42,283 bases of DNA from Chiloscyllium plagiosum (Eukaryota), in NCBI RefSeq assembly GCF_004010195.1, contig NW_025214598.1, positions 1 through 42,283 on the forward strand. The letters run 5' to 3'. Positions 10,401 through 22,400 of this stretch are shown piece after piece; the stretch's first letter is position 1, and every line of letters starts with the position of its first letter. Made by a program: the position numbers and the translations under genes. The notes under the pieces were generated by a model. The model saw only the letters and a program-made list of their open reading frames with translations, was not told the origin of the DNA and ran no database searches.

Positions 10401-13400
10401 GAGAGGGCGCGAGAGAGAGAGGGCGCGAGAGAGAGAGGGCGCGAGAGAGAGAGGGCGCGAGAGAGAGAGGGCGCGAGAGAGAGAGGGCGCGAGAGAGAGA
10501 GGGCGCGAGAGAGAGAGGGCGCGAGAGAGAGAGGGCGCGAGAGAGAGAGGGCGCGAGAGAGAGAGGGCGCGAGAGAGAGAGGGCGCGAGAGAGAGAGGGC
10601 GCGAGAGAGAGAGGGCGCGAGAGAGAGAGGGCGCGAGAGAGAGAGGGCGCGAGAGAGAGAGGGCGCGAGAGAGAGAGGGCGCGAGAGAGAGAGGGCGCGA
10701 GAGAGAGAGGGCGCGAGAGAGAGAGGGCGCGAGAGAGAGAGGGCGCGAGAGAGAGAGGGCGCGAGAGAGAGAGGGCGCGAGAGAGAGAGGGCGCGAGAGA
10801 GAGAGGGCGCGAGAGAGAGAGGGCGCGAGAGAGAGAGGGCGCGAGAGAGAGAGGGCGCGAGAGAGAGAGGGCGCGAGAGAGAGAGGGCGCGAGAGAGAGA
10901 GGGCGCGAGAGAGAGAGGGCGCGAGAGAGAGAGGGCGCGAGAGAGAGAGGGCGCGAGAGAGAGAGGGCGCGAGAGAGAGAGGGCGCGAGAGAGAGAGGGC
11001 GCGAGAGAGAGAGGGCGCGAGAGAGAGAGGGCGCGAGAGAGAGAGGGCGCGAGAGAGAGAGGGCGCGAGAGAGAGAGGGCGCGAGAGAGAGAGGGCGCGA
11101 GAGAGAGAGGGCGCGAGAGAGAGAGGGCGCGAGAGAGAGAGGGCGCGAGAGAGAGAGGGCGCGAGAGAGAGAGGGCGCGAGAGAGAGAGGGCGCGAGAGA
11201 GAGAGGGCGCGAGAGAGAGAGGGCGCGAGAGAGAGAGGGCGCGAGAGAGAGAGGGCGCGAGAGAGAGAGGGCGCGAGAGAGAGAGGGCGCGAGAGAGAGA
11301 GGGCGCGAGAGAGAGAGGGCGCGAGAGAGAGAGGGCGCGAGAGAGAGAGGGCGCGAGAGAGAGAGGGCGCGAGAGAGAGAGGGCGCGAGAGAGAGAGGGC
11401 GCGAGAGAGAGAGGGCGCGAGAGAGAGAGGGCGCGAGAGAGAGAGGGCGCGAGAGAGAGAGGGCGCGAGAGAGAGAGGGCGCGAGAGAGAGAGGGCGCGA
11501 GAGAGAGAGGGCGCGAGAGAGAGAGGGCGCGAGAGAGAGAGGGCGCGAGAGAGAGAGGGCGCGAGAGAGAGAGGGCGCGAGAGAGAGAGGGCGCGAGAGA
11601 GAGAGGGCGCGAGAGAGAGAGGGCGCGAGAGAGAGAGGGCGCGAGAGAGAGAGGGCGCGAGAGAGAGAGGGCGCGAGAGAGAGAGGGCGCGAGAGAGAGA
11701 GGGCGCGAGAGAGAGAGGGCGCGAGAGAGAGAGGGCGCGAGAGAGAGAGGGCGCGAGAGAGAGAGGGCGCGAGAGAGAGAGGGCGCGAGAGAGAGAGGGC
11801 GCGAGAGAGAGAGGGCGCGAGAGAGAGAGGGCGCGAGAGAGAGAGGGCGCGAGAGAGAGAGGGCGCGAGAGAGAGAGGGCGCGAGAGAGAGAGGGCGCGA
11901 GAGAGAGAGGGCGCGAGAGAGAGAGGGCGCGAGAGAGAGAGGGCGCGAGAGAGAGAGGGCGCGAGAGAGAGAGGGCGCGAGAGAGAGAGGGCGCGAGAGA
12001 GAGAGGGCGCGAGAGAGAGAGGGCGCGAGAGAGAGAGGGCGCGAGAGAGAGAGGGCGCGAGAGAGAGAGGGCGCGAGAGAGAGAGGGCGCGAGAGAGAGA
12101 GGGCGCGAGAGAGAGAGGGCGCGAGAGAGAGAGGGCGCGAGAGAGAGAGGGCGCGAGAGAGAGAGGGCGCGAGAGAGAGAGGGCGCGAGAGAGAGAGGGC
12201 GCGAGAGAGAGAGGGCGCGAGAGAGAGAGGGCGCGAGAGAGAGAGGGCGCGAGAGAGAGAGGGCGCGAGAGAGAGAGGGCGCGAGAGAGAGAGGGCGCGA
12301 GAGAGAGAGGGCGCGAGAGAGAGAGGGCGCGAGAGAGAGAGGGCGCGAGAGAGAGAGGGCGCGAGAGAGAGAGGGCGCGAGAGAGAGAGGGCGCGAGAGA
12401 GAGAGGGCGCGAGAGAGAGAGGGCGCGAGAGAGAGAGGGCGCGAGAGAGAGAGGGCGCGAGAGAGAGAGGGCGCGAGAGAGAGAGGGCGCGAGAGAGAGA
12501 GGGCGCGAGAGAGAGAGGGCGCGAGAGAGAGAGGGCGCGAGAGAGAGAGGGCGCGAGAGAGAGAGGGCGCGAGAGAGAGAGGGCGCGAGAGAGAGAGGGC
12601 GCGAGAGAGAGAGGGCGCGAGAGAGAGAGGGCGCGAGAGAGAGAGGGCGCGAGAGAGAGAGGGCGCGAGAGAGAGAGGGCGCGAGAGAGAGAGGGCGCGA
12701 GAGAGAGAGGGCGCGAGAGAGAGAGGGCGCGAGAGAGAGAGGGCGCGAGAGAGAGAGGGCGCGAGAGAGAGAGGGCGCGAGAGAGAGAGGGCGCGAGAGA
12801 GAGAGGGCGCGAGAGAGAGAGGGCGCGAGAGAGAGAGGGCGCGAGAGAGAGAGGGCGCGAGAGAGAGAGGGCGCGAGAGAGAGAGGGCGCGAGAGAGAGA
12901 GGGCGCGAGAGAGAGAGGGCGCGAGAGAGAGAGGGCGCGAGAGAGAGAGGGCGCGAGAGAGAGAGGGCGCGAGAGAGAGAGGGCGCGAGAGAGAGAGGGC
13001 GCGAGAGAGAGAGGGCGCGAGAGAGAGAGGGCGCGAGAGAGAGAGGGCGCGAGAGAGAGAGGGCGCGAGAGAGAGAGGGCGCGAGAGAGAGAGGGCGCGA
13101 GAGAGAGAGGGCGCGAGAGAGAGAGGGCGCGAGAGAGAGAGGGCGCGAGAGAGAGAGGGCGCGAGAGAGAGAGGGCGCGAGAGAGAGAGGGCGCGAGAGA
13201 GAGAGGGCGCGAGAGAGAGAGGGCGCGAGAGAGAGAGGGCGCGAGAGAGAGAGGGCGCGAGAGAGAGAGGGCGCGAGAGAGAGAGGGCGCGAGAGAGAGA
13301 GGGCGCGAGAGAGAGAGGGCGCGAGAGAGAGAGGGCGCGAGAGAGAGAGGGCGCGAGAGAGAGAGGGCGCGAGAGAGAGAGGGCGCGAGAGAGAGAGGGC

Positions 13401-16400
13401 GCGAGAGAGAGAGGGCGCGAGAGAGAGAGGGCGCGAGAGAGAGAGGGCGCGAGAGAGAGAGGGCGCGAGAGAGAGAGGGCGCGAGAGAGAGAGGGCGCGA
13501 GAGAGAGAGGGCGCGAGAGAGAGAGGGCGCGAGAGAGAGAGGGCGCGAGAGAGAGAGGGCGCGAGAGAGAGAGGGCGCGAGAGAGAGAGGGCGCGAGAGA
13601 GAGAGGGCGCGAGAGAGAGAGGGCGCGAGAGAGAGAGGGCGCGAGAGAGAGAGGGCGCGAGAGAGAGAGGGCGCGAGAGAGAGAGGGCGCGAGAGAGAGA
13701 GGGCGCGAGAGAGAGAGGGCGCGAGAGAGAGAGGGCGCGAGAGAGAGAGGGCGCGAGAGAGAGAGGGCGCGAGAGAGAGAGGGCGCGAGAGAGAGAGGGC
13801 GCGAGAGAGAGAGGGCGCGAGAGAGAGAGGGCGCGAGAGAGAGAGGGCGCGAGAGAGAGAGGGCGCGAGAGAGAGAGGGCGCGAGAGAGAGAGGGCGCGA
13901 GAGAGAGAGGGCGCGAGAGAGAGAGGGCGCGAGAGAGAGAGGGCGCGAGAGAGAGAGGGCGCGAGAGAGAGAGGGCGCGAGAGAGAGAGGGCGCGAGAGA
14001 GAGAGGGCGCGAGAGAGAGAGGGCGCGAGAGAGAGAGGGCGCGAGAGAGAGAGGGCGCGAGAGAGAGAGGGCGCGAGAGAGAGAGGGCGCGAGAGAGAGA
14101 GGGCGCGAGAGAGAGAGGGCGCGAGAGAGAGAGGGCGCGAGAGAGAGAGGGCGCGAGAGAGAGAGGGCGCGAGAGAGAGAGGGCGCGAGAGAGAGAGGGC
14201 GCGAGAGAGAGAGGGCGCGAGAGAGAGAGGGCGCGAGAGAGAGAGGGCGCGAGAGAGAGAGGGCGCGAGAGAGAGAGGGCGCGAGAGAGAGAGGGCGCGA
14301 GAGAGAGAGGGCGCGAGAGAGAGAGGGCGCGAGAGAGAGAGGGCGCGAGAGAGAGAGGGCGCGAGAGAGAGAGGGCGCGAGAGAGAGAGGGCGCGAGAGA
14401 GAGAGGGCGCGAGAGAGAGAGGGCGCGAGAGAGAGAGGGCGCGAGAGAGAGAGGGCGCGAGAGAGAGAGGGCGCGAGAGAGAGAGGGCGCGAGAGAGAGA
14501 GGGCGCGAGAGAGAGAGGGCGCGAGAGAGAGAGGGCGCGAGAGAGAGAGGGCGCGAGAGAGAGAGGGCGCGAGAGAGAGAGGGCGCGAGAGAGAGAGGGC
14601 GCGAGAGAGAGAGGGCGCGAGAGAGAGAGGGCGCGAGAGAGAGAGGGCGCGAGAGAGAGAGGGCGCGAGAGAGAGAGGGCGCGAGAGAGAGAGGGCGCGA
14701 GAGAGAGAGGGCGCGAGAGAGAGAGGGCGCGAGAGAGAGAGGGCGCGAGAGAGAGAGGGCGCGAGAGAGAGAGGGCGCGAGAGAGAGAGGGCGCGAGAGA
14801 GAGAGGGCGCGAGAGAGAGAGGGCGCGAGAGAGAGAGGGCGCGAGAGAGAGAGGGCGCGAGAGAGAGAGGGCGCGAGAGAGAGAGGGCGCGAGAGAGAGA
14901 GGGCGCGAGAGAGAGAGGGCGCGAGAGAGAGAGGGCGCGAGAGAGAGAGGGCGCGAGAGAGAGAGGGCGCGAGAGAGAGAGGGCGCGAGAGAGAGAGGGC
15001 GCGAGAGAGAGAGGGCGCGAGAGAGAGAGGGCGCGAGAGAGAGAGGGCGCGAGAGAGAGAGGGCGCGAGAGAGAGAGGGCGCGAGAGAGAGAGGGCGCGA
15101 GAGAGAGAGGGCGCGAGAGAGAGAGGGCGCGAGAGAGAGAGGGCGCGAGAGAGAGAGGGCGCGAGAGAGAGAGGGCGCGAGAGAGAGAGGGCGCGAGAGA
15201 GAGAGGGCGCGAGAGAGAGAGGGCGCGAGAGAGAGAGGGCGCGAGAGAGAGAGGGCGCGAGAGAGAGAGGGCGCGAGAGAGAGAGGGCGCGAGAGAGAGA
15301 GGGCGCGAGAGAGAGAGGGCGCGAGAGAGAGAGGGCGCGAGAGAGAGAGGGCGCGAGAGAGAGAGGGCGCGAGAGAGAGAGGGCGCGAGAGAGAGAGGGC
15401 GCGAGAGAGAGAGGGCGCGAGAGAGAGAGGGCGCGAGAGAGAGAGGGCGCGAGAGAGAGAGGGCGCGAGAGAGAGAGGGCGCGAGAGAGAGAGGGCGCGA
15501 GAGAGAGAGGGCGCGAGAGAGAGAGGGCGCGAGAGAGAGAGGGCGCGAGAGAGAGAGGGCGCGAGAGAGAGAGGGCGCGAGAGAGAGAGGGCGCGAGAGA
15601 GAGAGGGCGCGAGAGAGAGAGGGCGCGAGAGAGAGAGGGCGCGAGAGAGAGAGGGCGCGAGAGAGAGAGGGCGCGAGAGAGAGAGGGCGCGAGAGAGAGA
15701 GGGCGCGAGAGAGAGAGGGCGCGAGAGAGAGAGGGCGCGAGAGAGAGAGGGCGCGAGAGAGAGAGGGCGCGAGAGAGAGAGGGCGCGAGAGAGAGAGGGC
15801 GCGAGAGAGAGAGGGCGCGAGAGAGAGAGGGCGCGAGAGAGAGAGGGCGCGAGAGAGAGAGGGCGCGAGAGAGAGAGGGCGCGAGAGAGAGAGGGCGCGA
15901 GAGAGAGAGGGCGCGAGAGAGAGAGGGCGCGAGAGAGAGAGGGCGCGAGAGAGAGAGGGCGCGAGAGAGAGAGGGCGCGAGAGAGAGAGGGCGCGAGAGA
16001 GAGAGGGCGCGAGAGAGAGAGGGCGCGAGAGAGAGAGGGCGCGAGAGAGAGAGGGCGCGAGAGAGAGAGGGCGCGAGAGAGAGAGGGCGCGAGAGAGAGA
16101 GGGCGCGAGAGAGAGAGGGCGCGAGAGAGAGAGGGCGCGAGAGAGAGAGGGCGCGAGAGAGAGAGGGCGCGAGAGAGAGAGGGCGCGAGAGAGAGAGGGC
16201 GCGAGAGAGAGAGGGCGCGAGAGAGAGAGGGCGCGAGAGAGAGAGGGCGCGAGAGAGAGAGGGCGCGAGAGAGAGAGGGCGCGAGAGAGAGAGGGCGCGA
16301 GAGAGAGAGGGCGCGAGAGAGAGAGGGCGCGAGAGAGAGAGGGCGCGAGAGAGAGAGGGCGCGAGAGAGAGAGGGCGCGAGAGAGAGAGGGCGCGAGAGA

Positions 16401-19400
16401 GAGAGGGCGCGAGAGAGAGAGGGCGCGAGAGAGAGAGGGCGCGAGAGAGAGAGGGCGCGAGAGAGAGAGGGCGCGAGAGAGAGAGGGCGCGAGAGAGAGA
16501 GGGCGCGAGAGAGAGAGGGCGCGAGAGAGAGAGGGCGCGAGAGAGAGAGGGCGCGAGAGAGAGAGGGCGCGAGAGAGAGAGGGCGCGAGAGAGAGAGGGC
16601 GCGAGAGAGAGAGGGCGCGAGAGAGAGAGGGCGCGAGAGAGAGAGGGCGCGAGAGAGAGAGGGCGCGAGAGAGAGAGGGCGCGAGAGAGAGAGGGCGCGA
16701 GAGAGAGAGGGCGCGAGAGAGAGAGGGCGCGAGAGAGAGAGGGCGCGAGAGAGAGAGGGCGCGAGAGAGAGAGGGCGCGAGAGAGAGAGGGCGCGAGAGA
16801 GAGAGGGCGCGAGAGAGAGAGGGCGCGAGAGAGAGAGGGCGCGAGAGAGAGAGGGCGCGAGAGAGAGAGGGCGCGAGAGAGAGAGGGCGCGAGAGAGAGA
16901 GGGCGCGAGAGAGAGAGGGCGCGAGAGAGAGAGGGCGCGAGAGAGAGAGGGCGCGAGAGAGAGAGGGCGCGAGAGAGAGAGGGCGCGAGAGAGAGAGGGC
17001 GCGAGAGAGAGAGGGCGCGAGAGAGAGAGGGCGCGAGAGAGAGAGGGCGCGAGAGAGAGAGGGCGCGAGAGAGAGAGGGCGCGAGAGAGAGAGGGCGCGA
17101 GAGAGAGAGGGCGCGAGAGAGAGAGGGCGCGAGAGAGAGAGGGCGCGAGAGAGAGAGGGCGCGAGAGAGAGAGGGCGCGAGAGAGAGAGGGCGCGAGAGA
17201 GAGAGGGCGCGAGAGAGAGAGGGCGCGAGAGAGAGAGGGCGCGAGAGAGAGAGGGCGCGAGAGAGAGAGGGCGCGAGAGAGAGAGGGCGCGAGAGAGAGA
17301 GGGCGCGAGAGAGAGAGGGCGCGAGAGAGAGAGGGCGCGAGAGAGAGAGGGCGCGAGAGAGAGAGGGCGCGAGAGAGAGAGGGCGCGAGAGAGAGAGGGC
17401 GCGAGAGAGAGAGGGCGCGAGAGAGAGAGGGCGCGAGAGAGAGAGGGCGCGAGAGAGAGAGGGCGCGAGAGAGAGAGGGCGCGAGAGAGAGAGGGCGCGA
17501 GAGAGAGAGGGCGCGAGAGAGAGAGGGCGCGAGAGAGAGAGGGCGCGAGAGAGAGAGGGCGCGAGAGAGAGAGGGCGCGAGAGAGAGAGGGCGCGAGAGA
17601 GAGAGGGCGCGAGAGAGAGAGGGCGCGAGAGAGAGAGGGCGCGAGAGAGAGAGGGCGCGAGAGAGAGAGGGCGCGAGAGAGAGAGGGCGCGAGAGAGAGA
17701 GGGCGCGAGAGAGAGAGGGCGCGAGAGAGAGAGGGCGCGAGAGAGAGAGGGCGCGAGAGAGAGAGGGCGCGAGAGAGAGAGGGCGCGAGAGAGAGAGGGC
17801 GCGAGAGAGAGAGGGCGCGAGAGAGAGAGGGCGCGAGAGAGAGAGGGCGCGAGAGAGAGAGGGCGCGAGAGAGAGAGGGCGCGAGAGAGAGAGGGCGCGA
17901 GAGAGAGAGGGCGCGAGAGAGAGAGGGCGCGAGAGAGAGAGGGCGCGAGAGAGAGAGGGCGCGAGAGAGAGAGGGCGCGAGAGAGAGAGGGCGCGAGAGA
18001 GAGAGGGCGCGAGAGAGAGAGGGCGCGAGAGAGAGAGGGCGCGAGAGAGAGAGGGCGCGAGAGAGAGAGGGCGCGAGAGAGAGAGGGCGCGAGAGAGAGA
18101 GGGCGCGAGAGAGAGAGGGCGCGAGAGAGAGAGGGCGCGAGAGAGAGAGGGCGCGAGAGAGAGAGGGCGCGAGAGAGAGAGGGCGCGAGAGAGAGAGGGC
18201 GCGAGAGAGAGAGGGCGCGAGAGAGAGAGGGCGCGAGAGAGAGAGGGCGCGAGAGAGAGAGGGCGCGAGAGAGAGAGGGCGCGAGAGAGAGAGGGCGCGA
18301 GAGAGAGAGGGCGCGAGAGAGAGAGGGCGCGAGAGAGAGAGGGCGCGAGAGAGAGAGGGCGCGAGAGAGAGAGGGCGCGAGAGAGAGAGGGCGCGAGAGA
18401 GAGAGGGCGCGAGAGAGAGAGGGCGCGAGAGAGAGAGGGCGCGAGAGAGAGAGGGCGCGAGAGAGAGAGGGCGCGAGAGAGAGAGGGCGCGAGAGAGAGA
18501 GGGCGCGAGAGAGAGAGGGCGCGAGAGAGAGAGGGCGCGAGAGAGAGAGGGCGCGAGAGAGAGAGGGCGCGAGAGAGAGAGGGCGCGAGAGAGAGAGGGC
18601 GCGAGAGAGAGAGGGCGCGAGAGAGAGAGGGCGCGAGAGAGAGAGGGCGCGAGAGAGAGAGGGCGCGAGAGAGAGAGGGCGCGAGAGAGAGAGGGCGCGA
18701 GAGAGAGAGGGCGCGAGAGAGAGAGGGCGCGAGAGAGAGAGGGCGCGAGAGAGAGAGGGCGCGAGAGAGAGAGGGCGCGAGAGAGAGAGGGCGCGAGAGA
18801 GAGAGGGCGCGAGAGAGAGAGGGCGCGAGAGAGAGAGGGCGCGAGAGAGAGAGGGCGCGAGAGAGAGAGGGCGCGAGAGAGAGAGGGCGCGAGAGAGAGA
18901 GGGCGCGAGAGAGAGAGGGCGCGAGAGAGAGAGGGCGCGAGAGAGAGAGGGCGCGAGAGAGAGAGGGCGCGAGAGAGAGAGGGCGCGAGAGAGAGAGGGC
19001 GCGAGAGAGAGAGGGCGCGAGAGAGAGAGGGCGCGAGAGAGAGAGGGCGCGAGAGAGAGAGGGCGCGAGAGAGAGAGGGCGCGAGAGAGAGAGGGCGCGA
19101 GAGAGAGAGGGCGCGAGAGAGAGAGGGCGCGAGAGAGAGAGGGCGCGAGAGAGAGAGGGCGCGAGAGAGAGAGGGCGCGAGAGAGAGAGGGCGCGAGAGA
19201 GAGAGGGCGCGAGAGAGAGAGGGCGCGAGAGAGAGAGGGCGCGAGAGAGAGAGGGCGCGAGAGAGAGAGGGCGCGAGAGAGAGAGGGCGCGAGAGAGAGA
19301 GGGCGCGAGAGAGAGAGGGCGCGAGAGAGAGAGGGCGCGAGAGAGAGAGGGCGCGAGAGAGAGAGGGCGCGAGAGAGAGAGGGCGCGAGAGAGAGAGGGC

Positions 19401-22400
19401 GCGAGAGAGAGAGGGCGCGAGAGAGAGAGGGCGCGAGAGAGAGAGGGCGCGAGAGAGAGAGGGCGCGAGAGAGAGAGGGCGCGAGAGAGAGAGGGCGCGA
19501 GAGAGAGAGGGCGCGAGAGAGAGAGGGCGCGAGAGAGAGAGGGCGCGAGAGAGAGAGGGCGCGAGAGAGAGAGGGCGCGAGAGAGAGAGGGCGCGAGAGA
19601 GAGAGGGCGCGAGAGAGAGAGGGCGCGAGAGAGAGAGGGCGCGAGAGAGAGAGGGCGCGAGAGAGAGAGGGCGCGAGAGAGAGAGGGCGCGAGAGAGAGA
19701 GGGCGCGAGAGAGAGAGGGCGCGAGAGAGAGAGGGCGCGAGAGAGAGAGGGCGCGAGAGAGAGAGGGCGCGAGAGAGAGAGGGCGCGAGAGAGAGAGGGC
19801 GCGAGAGAGAGAGGGCGCGAGAGAGAGAGGGCGCGAGAGAGAGAGGGCGCGAGAGAGAGAGGGCGCGAGAGAGAGAGGGCGCGAGAGAGAGAGGGCGCGA
19901 GAGAGAGAGGGCGCGAGAGAGAGAGGGCGCGAGAGAGAGAGGGCGCGAGAGAGAGAGGGCGCGAGAGAGAGAGGGCGCGAGAGAGAGAGGGCGCGAGAGA
20001 GAGAGGGCGCGAGAGAGAGAGGGCGCGAGAGAGAGAGGGCGCGAGAGAGAGAGGGCGCGAGAGAGAGAGGGCGCGAGAGAGAGAGGGCGCGAGAGAGAGA
20101 GGGCGCGAGAGAGAGAGGGCGCGAGAGAGAGAGGGCGCGAGAGAGAGAGGGCGCGAGAGAGAGAGGGCGCGAGAGAGAGAGGGCGCGAGAGAGAGAGGGC
20201 GCGAGAGAGAGAGGGCGCGAGAGAGAGAGGGCGCGAGAGAGAGAGGGCGCGAGAGAGAGAGGGCGCGAGAGAGAGAGGGCGCGAGAGAGAGAGGGCGCGA
20301 GAGAGAGAGGGCGCGAGAGAGAGAGGGCGCGAGAGAGAGAGGGCGCGAGAGAGAGAGGGCGCGAGAGAGAGAGGGCGCGAGAGAGAGAGGGCGCGAGAGA
20401 GAGAGGGCGCGAGAGAGAGAGGGCGCGAGAGAGAGAGGGCGCGAGAGAGAGAGGGCGCGAGAGAGAGAGGGCGCGAGAGAGAGAGGGCGCGAGAGAGAGA
20501 GGGCGCGAGAGAGAGAGGGCGCGAGAGAGAGAGGGCGCGAGAGAGAGAGGGCGCGAGAGAGAGAGGGCGCGAGAGAGAGAGGGCGCGAGAGAGAGAGGGC
20601 GCGAGAGAGAGAGGGCGCGAGAGAGAGAGGGCGCGAGAGAGAGAGGGCGCGAGAGAGAGAGGGCGCGAGAGAGAGAGGGCGCGAGAGAGAGAGGGCGCGA
20701 GAGAGAGAGGGCGCGAGAGAGAGAGGGCGCGAGAGAGAGAGGGCGCGAGAGAGAGAGGGCGCGAGAGAGAGAGGGCGCGAGAGAGAGAGGGCGCGAGAGA
20801 GAGAGGGCGCGAGAGAGAGAGGGCGCGAGAGAGAGAGGGCGCGAGAGAGAGAGGGCGCGAGAGAGAGAGGGCGCGAGAGAGAGAGGGCGCGAGAGAGAGA
20901 GGGCGCGAGAGAGAGAGGGCGCGAGAGAGAGAGGGCGCGAGAGAGAGAGGGCGCGAGAGAGAGAGGGCGCGAGAGAGAGAGGGCGCGAGAGAGAGAGGGC
21001 GCGAGAGAGAGAGGGCGCGAGAGAGAGAGGGCGCGAGAGAGAGAGGGCGCGAGAGAGAGAGGGCGCGAGAGAGAGAGGGCGCGAGAGAGAGAGGGCGCGA
21101 GAGAGAGAGGGCGCGAGAGAGAGAGGGCGCGAGAGAGAGAGGGCGCGAGAGAGAGAGGGCGCGAGAGAGAGAGGGCGCGAGAGAGAGAGGGCGCGAGAGA
21201 GAGAGGGCGCGAGAGAGAGAGGGCGCGAGAGAGAGAGGGCGCGAGAGAGAGAGGGCGCGAGAGAGAGAGGGCGCGAGAGAGAGAGGGCGCGAGAGAGAGA
21301 GGGCGCGAGAGAGAGAGGGCGCGAGAGAGAGAGGGCGCGAGAGAGAGAGGGCGCGAGAGAGAGAGGGCGCGAGAGAGAGAGGGCGCGAGAGAGAGAGGGC
21401 GCGAGAGAGAGAGGGCGCGAGAGAGAGAGGGCGCGAGAGAGAGAGGGCGCGAGAGAGAGAGGGCGCGAGAGAGAGAGGGCGCGAGAGAGAGAGGGCGCGA
21501 GAGAGAGAGGGCGCGAGAGAGAGAGGGCGCGAGAGAGAGAGGGCGCGAGAGAGAGAGGGCGCGAGAGAGAGAGGGCGCGAGAGAGAGAGGGCGCGAGAGA
21601 GAGAGGGCGCGAGAGAGAGAGGGCGCGAGAGAGAGAGGGCGCGAGAGAGAGAGGGCGCGAGAGAGAGAGGGCGCGAGAGAGAGAGGGCGCGAGAGAGAGA
21701 GGGCGCGAGAGAGAGAGGGCGCGAGAGAGAGAGGGCGCGAGAGAGAGAGGGCGCGAGAGAGAGAGGGCGCGAGAGAGAGAGGGCGCGAGAGAGAGAGGGC
21801 GCGAGAGAGAGAGGGCGCGAGAGAGAGAGGGCGCGAGAGAGAGAGGGCGCGAGAGAGAGAGGGCGCGAGAGAGAGAGGGCGCGAGAGAGAGAGGGCGCGA
21901 GAGAGAGAGGGCGCGAGAGAGAGAGGGCGCGAGAGAGAGAGGGCGCGAGAGAGAGAGGGCGCGAGAGAGAGAGGGCGCGAGAGAGAGAGGGCGCGAGAGA
22001 GAGAGGGCGCGAGAGAGAGAGGGCGCGAGAGAGAGAGGGCGCGAGAGAGAGAGGGCGCGAGAGAGAGAGGGCGCGAGAGAGAGAGGGCGCGAGAGAGAGA
22101 GGGCGCGAGAGAGAGAGGGCGCGAGAGAGAGAGGGCGCGAGAGAGAGAGGGCGCGAGAGAGAGAGGGCGCGAGAGAGAGAGGGCGCGAGAGAGAGAGGGC
22201 GCGAGAGAGAGAGGGCGCGAGAGAGAGAGGGCGCGAGAGAGAGAGGGCGCGAGAGAGAGAGGGCGCGAGAGAGAGAGGGCGCGAGAGAGAGAGGGCGCGA
22301 GAGAGAGAGGGCGCGAGAGAGAGAGGGCGCGAGAGAGAGAGGGCGCGAGAGAGAGAGGGCGCGAGAGAGAGAGGGCGCGAGAGAGAGAGGGCGCGAGAGA